Shown here: positions 33,536 through 40,181 of the stretch, piece after piece
Layout: the number at the start of each line of letters is the position of its first letter
Numbering within the stretch: the stretch's first letter is position 1
IMG/VR virus record: IMGVR_UViG_3300012922_000001
Location: 1-64,000 of that record
DNA from: a virus
Reading direction: 5' to 3' (one strand)
Length of the DNA: 64,000 nt
Made by a program: the position numbers and the translations under genes
The notes under the pieces: model-generated
Told to the model about the DNA's origin: nothing
Database searches by the model: none
The model's input: only the letters and a program-made list of their open reading frames with translations

Positions 33536-33750
33536 TTCTGCCACTCCCAGATTGCGATTGCCCATGTGGTTAGTAGCAAGAGTGCCGCAGTAAGAGCGGC
33601 ATACTCACACGCTCCCCAAGGCTGGCCCGCCAGCGGTCGCCGCGCGACGGGTTCTGTGTAGGCTCTACTCGGCCGCTCCTGCTGACTTACTCCATGCGGC
33701 TCCATGAGGATTAGTTTGCGTTTCCACTGCTCGAACTCATGGTTACGCAT
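33532..33750 (-). CDS. small protein with C-terminal TM helix
   Basis: 72 aa from the internal ATG at 33750 (ATGCGTAA overlap with the upstream stop). The C-terminus is YAALTAALLLLTTWAIAIW. Confidence 0.35.
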   Translation of the reverse strand: MRNHEFEQWKRKLILMEPHGVSQQERPSRAYTEPVARRPLAGQPWGACEYAALTAALLLLTTWAIAIWEWQK

Positions 33751-33979
33751 TGCCAGGCTTCCCGTACTGCAGGAGAATCTGCGCCATTTCCGTGTCTTCC
33801 CAGAGGCGGATAAATCCCTGCACGACTTCCAAAGGAACTGCGGCATACTCGACGAAGGGGTCAATAACGCGCCGGGTTTCGACTTCGGGGTTCTCTTGGA
33901 GAAACTGCTCCATGATCGCGGCCTGTTGAATTCGCTGCGCGATCTCTAATTGCTTTTCAAAGCATTCTTCTTTCGTCAT
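33743..33979 (-). CDS. hypothetical acidic helical protein
   Basis: Track ORF of 78 aa, the first clearly protein-like gene of the recombinase operon. Confidence 0.45.
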   Translation of the reverse strand: MTKEECFEKQLEIAQRIQQAAIMEQFLQENPEVETRRVIDPFVEYAAVPLEVVQGFIRLWEDTEMAQILLQYGKPGNA

Positions 33980-33993
33980 TTGAGACCCCTATG

Positions 33994-34005
33994 TCCAATG
34001 TTGGA
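33994..34005. promoter_or_regulatory. TCCAATGTTGGA dyad, copy 2
   Basis: Identical 12-mer, 14 nt upstream of the 33979 start. The flanks also match (GT.AC). Confidence 0.3.
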
Positions 34006-34446
34006 TGTAACTGCCTCGACCATGAATCCGTCTTGCCGTGCGCACCAACGATGCCAAAGGCATAATTGGATATTCACGATTGTTAGTCCGCCTGAGACGA
34101 TGCATTCCTGCACCGTCCAACCGGAATTGCTGCAAATGTGCTGCGCGTTTCTTTCGTCGTAAGCTTGGCAGGTCACAACGCTCCTGAGACGTCGCCGCGG
34201 ATCAAAGCTCGCAGCAACACAAACCCGATAATAAGGCCCGGCACGATTGCCGGCGCCAAAATGAGCCATTCAATACCACGCATGGGGATGCGCTCCTATT
34301 CTGAATTAGTGCCAAGGCTTACGTACCTTGGCTGCCGGATACCGTCCGGACGTTTCCTTGGCCCGGAAATAGGCCGTGGGGGAAAGTCAAATTTCGCTTT
34401 GCCTTCCATATTCCATCGCATTTGGTACACTCTGGCAGGTGACCAC

Positions 34447-34917
34447 ATGGATAAAGCAGACTACCGCAGAGCATGGAAGGTCAAACGTAAGGCGAGAGGC
34501 CTGTGCTTCCAGTGCCCGGAGCCAGCCCGAAAAGGTAACAATTTGTGTGCAGAATGCATAAGCAAGGCGCGACCACATCAGCGTAAATCTAACCTTAAGC
34601 GCACGAGTGCACGCTTGCAGTGGCAGCGCACGAAGTCCGCAGAACGTAAAGCGATTGTGTTTGCGCATTACGGAAACAAGTGTGTGTGTTGCGGCGAGGC
34701 TGGCCAAGAGTTCTTGACTATTGATCATGCCGAACGCAACGGTAGCAGCGATCCGCGATGCCATTACCCAGGACAACCGAAGCGGTACCGTGTGACTGGT
34801 GGTCGGTGGTATCACGTAATCATTAAGCTGGGATTTCCCATTGACCTGCGACTGTTGTGTTGGAACTGCAACCATGCTGAGCACATTTATGGAACGTGCC
34901 CACATCAGCGCCCATAA
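34447..34917 (+). CDS. HNH homing endonuclease
   Basis: 156 aa from the internal ATG at 34447. It has Zn-ribbon pairs (CFQC ... CAEC, CVCC), then LTIDHAERNG ... LLCWNCNHAEH. Confidence 0.75.
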   Translation: MDKADYRRAWKVKRKARGLCFQCPEPARKGNNLCAECISKARPHQRKSNLKRTSARLQWQRTKSAERKAIVFAHYGNKCVCCGEAGQEFLTIDHAERNGSSDPRCHYPGQPKRYRVTGGRWYHVIIKLGFPIDLRLLCWNCNHAEHIYGTCPHQRP

Positions 34918-35065
34918 GTCGCCGACCGCTTGCGGCATGTACTTGTCGGAAAGGGACTGCGGGAAAACTAAACCTGCTTGACTCATGTTCTTTCGCTCCT
35001 GCCTCTGGTAGAGGCTTTGTACTTCCCTAGGGCCCGCACGCGAACCCTAAGACTGCACAAAGGCT

Positions 35066-35477
35066 TTAGCTTTGCGAGACGACCGCATCCAACAAGGAAC
35101 TACCAGTACTCGGCGCATCCCGGTAGGTTGTGGCGTATACCGCAGGATTGCCGACAGTGGCTTCCAAGAGCACACTCAAAGCCTGAGTCTTGAGTGCATC
35201 CCCTGTACCGAATACCGCACCTTGCGCGCGCACTTGGTCTACGCTCAACCCGTTTGTCTTTTCCGTCATGCGTCTCAATTGCTACCATCCCCTGCTCGCG
35301 GTTAAACGTCATGATGTCTTGCAGCGTCACGGGCCAATCCAGATGCGCAAGCTTCATAGCTTCCGCCCAGGTTGCGGCATTCTCGGTGCGCTGCCCAAGG
35401 TGATGCCAAGCAGCCTCGCGGCCGCCTACACAGAACATTGCACGTTCGCCATCAATTGTTGCCAGATTGTGAGCCAT
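35066..35477 (-). pseudogene. DUF932-like (phage/plasmid protein) gene remnant, frameshifted and truncated
   Basis: The N-terminus MAHNLATIDGERAMFCVGGREAAWHHLGQRTENAATWAEAMKLAHLDWPV matches the DUF932 start pattern from memory. The reading then degenerates into an R/C-rich tail, while protein-like sequence continues in another frame (35066..35278). The total is far shorter than typical family members as I recall them (roughly 300 aa or more). Confidence 0.45.
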
Positions 35478-35541
35478 TGTTTTTCTCCTGCCCTTGGTGG
35501 GGCTTATTGAAGGGTTGAGCCCTTCCCACGCGCGTCCTGCA

Positions 35542-35553
35542 TCCAACCTTGGA
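35542..35553. promoter_or_regulatory. TCCAACCTTGGA dyad, variant copy
   Basis: Lies in the intergenic gap upstream of the DUF932-like remnant. It is nested in a larger GCGCGTCC/GGACGCGC inverted repeat. Confidence 0.25.
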
Positions 35554-35568
35554 CGCGCCTAGACTGGA

Positions 35569-35853
35569 CTAACGCTGATTCTTTGCCGCGTCCTCGTACT
35601 GCGATTGGCCGTGAAGTACTTCGGATTCGGCTGGGGTATCGAAGTAGATTCCCTTTGCGTCCCCATTGTCCCAACACTCTACCGCGCGTACTTCAATCGC
35701 TTGGAAGCCAAGCTTTACCGTCAAGTCTCGCTCAAACAGCCCTAAAGCAATTTCGGCGGCTTCTCGAGTGCTGTAGAAGTTCCTACCTTGATTCGCAAAC
35801 ACTAGTGTGCGCAAACCATCTTTCCCTAAGTGCGTTAAAGTGAATTGGATCAT
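35569..35853 (-). CDS. hypothetical protein
   Basis: Track ORF of 94 aa with clean protein-like composition. Confidence 0.5.
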   Translation of the reverse strand: MIQFTLTHLGKDGLRTLVFANQGRNFYSTREAAEIALGLFERDLTVKLGFQAIEVRAVECWDNGDAKGIYFDTPAESEVLHGQSQYEDAAKNQR

Positions 35854-35888
35854 TGGCTGCTCCTAGACGTTGGTTGCGTCTTGCATTG

Positions 35889-35957
35889 AAATTAAACGCA
35901 GTCCGTATAATTGTCAACGGAAATCGTACTTGACGCGTAAAATAAACTGCTCTACTC
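35889..35957. promoter_or_regulatory. divergent promoter candidates
   Basis: Minus strand: TTGACA (35917-35912)-N17-TAATTT. Plus strand: TTGACG (35929-35934)-N17-TACTCT, and a perfect TATAAT at 35906-35911. Confidence 0.3.
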
Positions 35958-35968
35958 TCTAAAGCACC

Positions 35969-36145
35969 ATGATTCAACAGGTTTCCATCCCTGCCTTCCG
36001 TTGCAACTGCGGTCACACTTGGCCCGCCAAAGGCCAGGAAGACCCCAAGCGCTGCCCTAGGTGTCAATGCAAGGCGAATGTTGTTAAAGGCCAACTCCGA
36101 GCTGGCAGGCCTGCTAAGGGCAAGACTAAGGCGACCGCTTCCTAA
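35969..36145 (+). CDS. zinc-ribbon protein (below the track size cutoff)
   Basis: My translation is MIQQVSIPAFRCNCGHTWPAKGQEDPKRCPRCQCKANVVKGQLRAGRPAKGKTKATAS, with CxC ... CxxC and a basic tail. Confidence 0.45.
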   Translation: MIQQVSIPAFRCNCGHTWPAKGQEDPKRCPRCQCKANVVKGQLRAGRPAKGKTKATAS

Positions 36146-36146
36146 G

Positions 36147-36175
36147 CGCTGCAGCCTGACAAATTTGTCGCAGCG
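36147..36175 (+). terminator. hairpin containing the perfect palindrome GACAAATTTGTC
   Basis: CGCTGC-agcct-GACAAATTTGTC-GCAGCG, directly after the stop at 36143-36145 and followed by a T-rich stretch (TCATAATTTCGGTTC). Confidence 0.35.
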
Positions 36176-36580
36176 TCATAATTTCGGTTCACTGTGTCTC
36201 ATAACTCCCTGACAAGTGTGGACAAAATGTCCCAGTTTGCGCCCATTAGCCAGAATCGGCACAGCGCGCCAGGTCGCCACTCGCCTGCCCGTGGAGCATC
36301 ATACTTGCCGATCTGAGTTAAACTACCGTTCTATCAGTCACTTACAGAATCGCTGTAGATTCGCAGCCGATTCGCGGGCGATGCGCAAACCCACAACGCG
36401 GCCCGCGCCGGCGGACTCTCGTGGCCAGGAATGAATTGCGCTTTCTGGAAGCAGAGCATCGTACCCAGGAACTCGACCCCATGCCCCTTTTCCCTTCTAC
36501 AGAGAAGCTGGGACTCCTACCCCCCTCCGTCCATTTGCCGTGCCACTTTTGGACTTCCTAAGTAAAGTAAGTGAATTGTA

Positions 36581-36608
36581 TTGACAGCGGGGAGAATGGT
36601 GGTAAGTT
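36581..36608 (+). promoter_or_regulatory. promoter candidate for the rightward late array
   Basis: TTGACA-N16-TAAGTT. The ATG at 36618 follows only 9 nt later with no SD, so the transcript would be near-leaderless. Confidence 0.4.
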
Positions 36609-36617
36609 GAGTAAGCG

Positions 36618-37175
36618 ATGCCGAATTTGAATGTGGTGGTGAGTGAAGAACTGTTGAAGGCGATTAGGGTGAAGTGCGCAGAGGATGGGGTGGCGCAGAA
36701 GGATTGGGTGCCTGAGGTGTTGGGGAAGGCAGCGGGGGTGAGGGATGGATCAGGGAGAGCGGGGAAGCGAAGCGGAAAGGCTTTACGTGTACGCGTGGAA
36801 CCGGATGGGGCGCAAGGGGGAATTGTGCCGAGTGTTGGTGAGGTCAACGATGAACAGTTGCGCGGTGGAGTTTCTGAAGGACGGGTACAGGGCAGTAACG
36901 AGCCGAAGCGCGTTGAGGAGAGTAAAGCCGGAAAAAGTTTAGACTGTCAGCGTTGTGGGAAGCCGACATTGAATTGGGGAAGCGGGCTAAGGCGGTGTGT
37001 GGTGTGTTCGGTAACATGGGGCGCAAATGGGAAGATGGTGGTGGCAACGCCGGTGAAGAGGTTGGCGGGGGTGGTGAATGGAGTTTGGTACAGCCGGGAT
37101 GGGGAACAGCGTTGTAAGCATAGCCAGTTGGAGTGCAGGGCATGCGGGGGGACGAAGGGGGATGGCCGTGGCTGA
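36618..37175 (+). CDS. RHH-like N-terminus plus zinc-ribbon protein (regulator candidate), in the G-rich island
   Basis: 185 aa. LNVVVSEELLKAIRVKCAEDGVAQKDWVPEVL resembles an RHH fold, followed by CQRC ... CVVC and C ... CRAC pairs. Confidence 0.45.
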   Translation: MPNLNVVVSEELLKAIRVKCAEDGVAQKDWVPEVLGKAAGVRDGSGRAGKRSGKALRVRVEPDGAQGGIVPSVGEVNDEQLRGGVSEGRVQGSNEPKRVEESKAGKSLDCQRCGKPTLNWGSGLRRCVVCSVTWGANGKMVVATPVKRLAGVVNGVWYSRDGEQRCKHSQLECRACGGTKGDGRG

Positions 37176-37371
37176 ATCGAGTATTGTGCAGCACTGGGAG
37201 TTGACGAAGCAGATGACGGACGAGGAGAAGCGGAAGTTTTTTGATACTGCGCGAGCACGTAGGTTGGAACAAGACCGGGCCAAGGGCGGCCATTTGGCAA
37301 AAGATGGAACGGTGTGCGGGGATGGGCTGCTTTACCATCCTGGGTGTACGAGTCCGGGTAAGGGCAAGTGA
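37162..37371 (+). CDS. hypothetical protein
   Basis: 69 aa from the internal ATG at 37162, with a 14-nt overlap with the upstream gene. Confidence 0.35.
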   Translation: MAVAESSIVQHWELTKQMTDEEKRKFFDTARARRLEQDRAKGGHLAKDGTVCGDGLLYHPGCTSPGKGK

Positions 37372-37378
37372 GGAGTTT

Positions 37379-37513
37379 ATGTTCCCGGTTTTCGAAGAGC
37401 AGCAGGACGAGACCTACAGGCGGATTGGCTGGAGGGAAGAGCCTGCGCTTGAGGACGAGGTGTTTGAGATGCTGTTGAGGATGCCAGAGACGTGGGAGGA
37501 ATTGGCGCAGTGA
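37379..37513 (+). CDS. small acidic protein
   Basis: 44 aa from the ATG at 37379 with SD GAGGAG at 37370-37375. Confidence 0.35.
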   Translation: MFPVFEEQQDETYRRIGWREEPALEDEVFEMLLRMPETWEELAQ

Positions 37514-37710
37514 TTCAAATCACAAAAGTTATTCAGCCAGAGCGCGGGTCAATCACTATGGCTAGGTGCGTCAGTTGCGGCGAGGTCCTGATCCAGCTTG
37601 ATGAGGATAGTGAGCGCCCGAGCGAAGGCGATCTCTGGGTTTTCGAAATCAATCATGCGAAAGAGTTTTCGAAGCGGCGTCCCTACTTCGCCGACACGGT
37701 AAGCCGATGA
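37510..37710 (+). CDS. small zinc-ribbon-like protein
   Basis: GTGA overlap start at 37510, or ATG at 37558 (MARCVSCGEV...). Confidence 0.35.
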   Translation: MIQITKVIQPERGSITMARCVSCGEVLIQLDEDSERPSEGDLWVFEINHAKEFSKRRPYFADTVSR

Positions 37711-38285
37711 GCGATACCAACCAGCAGGAAAACGATACAGGGCCAGTGATCGGCCAAAGCATCATGCCGGAAGCGGCGGAGGATGACGTCCACCACGCAA
37801 CCATCACCGGCGTGCGATTGCTTCGCAAGGATGACGGGCGCTGCTTCTTCATTATAAAAGTTTCCAGCCACGACAAGAACTATGTGAATACCTTGGACCT
37901 GCAGATTCCCAACGGCTTTGATGATGGCGTTGCCGAAGGCAGTAAGTTCGATCCCATGAAGCTGCCTGAAGACGATGAGAACGGGCGCCAGCAGAGTCTC
38001 TACCGCGTGAATTTCGCCAACCGCAAGAACGATGCCTGGCTGCAGCGTCTCGTCTTTGGGCCCTATTCCCTGGCACGAAAATTCGGCAAGAAATCAACGG
38101 AACTCGACATCATTCTAAAACCGCAAACGCTCGAGGACTACGCGCACAACCTGCATGAGATGCTGAGCGGAGTAGAATGCCTCATGATGCAGCGCGGCGG
38201 GAAGATTTGGAATCTCGTGGCGGAGACGGACGACTTCAAGGATGCGAAGTGGAAGGGGTACAAATTCGCGTGGGAGAAAAACTGA
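37707..38285 (+). CDS. hypothetical protein
   Basis: Track ORF of 192 aa with globular-looking composition. No motif recognised. Confidence 0.5.
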   Translation: MSDTNQQENDTGPVIGQSIMPEAAEDDVHHATITGVRLLRKDDGRCFFIIKVSSHDKNYVNTLDLQIPNGFDDGVAEGSKFDPMKLPEDDENGRQQSLYRVNFANRKNDAWLQRLVFGPYSLARKFGKKSTELDIILKPQTLEDYAHNLHEMLSGVECLMMQRGGKIWNLVAETDDFKDAKWKGYKFAWEKN

Positions 38286-38289
38286 CGAA

Positions 38290-38865
38290 ATGAACGATAC
38301 GATTGATCGTGAACCGTACGGAAATCCTCGCTACCACGAGCACATATCGATCACAGCGTTCTTGTATTCCCCCGGGGCCGCGATGGCTGGCAACGTTCCA
38401 GTCTCGGCAGAGACAAAGCCGCAGTGGGGCGGCTGTGAAGTCCTTCATCGACTCTACTCTCCCTACGTCATCGAACTGATTCTGCTGGATCCACCAAGAT
38501 TTGTGAGTGTTGTGCGCGAACTCCCGCCGTTCGTCCAAGATTGCGTCTTCCAGTTCTACTTCCTCGGCCGCCTGCCGGCGCAGATAGGGTTTCTGCTAGG
38601 CTCCCATCGCAATTTCGTGCAGCGCGCACTCGCGCTCTCGGAAAAGGCCATCATCGCCAAGGCCTGCGGCGTCGAGCCGGAAGGGATTGATGAGGTTTGG
38701 GCGGAAATGAAGAGGCTGAACCACCAAAGGCGACGCGATGGCGTGCAACTCAAGGTGAAGGCGCCCGTCAGTCTAGGGAAATTTGTAGTCAAGCTCGAGG
38801 ATTCTGCGTTTCCTCAGTTTTTCCCTCCGCGGGAATTGAACGGATCGATTGTCAGGGCGATGTGA
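38290..38865 (+). CDS. sigma-70 region-4-like HTH protein (late transcription regulator candidate)
   Basis: 191 aa from the ATG at 38290. LPPFVQDCVFQFYFLGRLPAQIGFLLGSHRNFVQRALALSEKAI follows the region 4.2 HTH pattern. Confidence 0.4.
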   Translation: MNDTIDREPYGNPRYHEHISITAFLYSPGAAMAGNVPVSAETKPQWGGCEVLHRLYSPYVIELILLDPPRFVSVVRELPPFVQDCVFQFYFLGRLPAQIGFLLGSHRNFVQRALALSEKAIIAKACGVEPEGIDEVWAEMKRLNHQRRRDGVQLKVKAPVSLGKFVVKLEDSAFPQFFPPRELNGSIVRAM

Positions 38866-39444
38866 ATGTTGATTGAGCAAGGGGAAGTTGAGAATTTAGG
38901 CGAAAAGCCGTGGGCTGGCATTGAGTTGACCAGCGACACACGCATCGAAGAAGCTGTCCTGCACATTGGGACTTGGGCTAGGCAGTTTTTGAAGGGCGAG
39001 CCGTTCCAATTGCTGTTTCCCATCCAAACTCGCGATCTCGGCGGCGTAACAATGCTGTCTCCCTACCTGATGGCGAGAACTCTGGACTTGAAGAAGCTGA
39101 AGAAGATCGGCTCGATCCGCGGCGTGCAGGGTTTGGAGTGCGATGAGCGTGGCCGGGTGTTTGAGATTGACAACACGTTCGTCCAGCAGGTGCGAGAGCG
39201 CGCCGAGAAGGCCCAGCAGTCGTGGAGTGAGGGAATTTCGGTAGGATCATTCGTCCGGTGCCTAGTTGGGAGCGGCCGGATGCTCTGCGGCAACGTGGAA
39301 TGGCGGGATGAGACGCACGCTCGAGTCCGTGTTGAGCTTTTGAGCCGGGATATCGTGGTCACCTGTCCGATTCGGACGCTGTTGAACCTTGGGGATGTTC
39401 CAGAAGAGAAGCGCACATATTTTTACGTGCCGGGGTTGCTGTGA
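38866..39444 (+). CDS. NusG/RfaH-like protein (NGN + KOW), antitermination factor candidate
   Basis: 192 aa. The NGN-like part is PWAGIELTS ... LLFPIQTRDLGGVTMLSPYLMAR ... IRGVQGL. The KOW-like part is VGSFVRCLVGSGRMLCGNVEWRDETHARVRVELLSRDIVVTCP. Confidence 0.5.
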   Translation: MLIEQGEVENLGEKPWAGIELTSDTRIEEAVLHIGTWARQFLKGEPFQLLFPIQTRDLGGVTMLSPYLMARTLDLKKLKKIGSIRGVQGLECDERGRVFEIDNTFVQQVRERAEKAQQSWSEGISVGSFVRCLVGSGRMLCGNVEWRDETHARVRVELLSRDIVVTCPIRTLLNLGDVPEEKRTYFYVPGLL

Positions 39445-40181
39445 AGCCGTACTACGAACATGCCGGGATAACGATCTACCATGGTGACTGCCGGGGTATT
39501 CTTCCCGCGATCGACAACTCAGCGCCGATTTTTGCCGATCCTCCTTACGGAGAAACTAGTCTTGAATGGGACACATGTTGCGAAGGTTGGCTTCATGGCG
39601 TGACGTCGACGTGCCTCTGGTGTTTCGGGTCATTCCGGTTTTTCATGGCAAATGCTGCCGAATTTTCAATTTGGGAATTTGCGCAGGATGTTGTCTGGGA
39701 GAAGCAAAACGGGAGCGGTTTTACTGTCGATCGATTTAACCGAGTCCATGAACTGGTTACTCAATGGTATCGCGGAAAATGGTCAGATCTGCGTCACGAA
39801 GTTCCCCGCTCGCCTGTTAAGAACTGGAAGCGTGCCCATAGAACAGAAAATCGTGGTGCCACGCCACATCGTGGAGGAATAACCACTGCGCCTTGGCAAG
39901 ATGATGGATTTCGATTAGAGAGATCCGTGATTTACGAGCGCAATTGCCACACTCCCAGCGGAGCGGAGCACCCGACACAGAAACCGATCCAACTTCTACA
40001 ACGCCTTATTTCTTACTCAGTGCACGAAGGAGAAGTAGCGATCGACCCCTTTATGGGCAGCGGTACAACGCTCCTCGCGGCAAAACAAATAGGCAGGAAG
40101 GCCATCGGAATCGAAATCGAGGAGAAATATTGTGAGATAGCGGCAAAACGGCTTAGCCAAGAGGTCTTTGATTTCGCATGA
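39441..40181 (+). CDS. DNA methyltransferase, beta-class N6A/N4C (DPPY)
   Basis: 246 aa. Motif IV IFADPPYG precedes motif I VAIDPFMGSGTTLLAA, and the N-terminus ITIYHGDC is typical of the family. No cognate nuclease is seen. Confidence 0.85.
   Translation: MKPYYEHAGITIYHGDCRGILPAIDNSAPIFADPPYGETSLEWDTCCEGWLHGVTSTCLWCFGSFRFFMANAAEFSIWEFAQDVVWEKQNGSGFTVDRFNRVHELVTQWYRGKWSDLRHEVPRSPVKNWKRAHRTENRGATPHRGGITTAPWQDDGFRLERSVIYERNCHTPSGAEHPTQKPIQLLQRLISYSVHEGEVAIDPFMGSGTTLLAAKQIGRKAIGIEIEEKYCEIAAKRLSQEVFDFA

Noticed and set aside
33976-34269. 97-aa minus-strand ORF whose stop overlaps the 33979 start (ATGA)
   Set aside because: The overlap suggests coupling, but the sequence is C/W/R-rich and non-globular. 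It also contains the TCCAATGTTGGA dyad, which I interpret as an operator or promoter element. I left it uncalled, and it is unresolved without expression or conservation data.
34387-34986. 199-aa minus-strand ORF overlapping the HNH gene
   Set aside because: Everything below 34917 is antisense to a motif-bearing HNH CDS. Only the first ~22 codons (SD+ATG at 34986, MSQAGLVFPQSLSDKYMPQAVGDL) lie outside it and may be a real gene stub. The DKY-x-PQ...D resemblance to clamp-loader N-termini is too short to call.
36216-36434. 72-aa plus-strand ORF in the 470-bp gap before the late promoter
   Set aside because: It has no SD, an Arg-rich composition, and lies in a region better explained as regulatory or non-coding.
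36497-37338. Several long minus-strand ORFs (36497..36847, 36844..37338, 36947..37300, 36987..37283)
   Set aside because: They are a by-product of the extreme C-poverty of the plus strand, which leaves few stop codons on the complement. Their translations are Pro/Ser/His-rich nonsense, and the plus-strand ORFs have SDs and Zn/RHH motifs.
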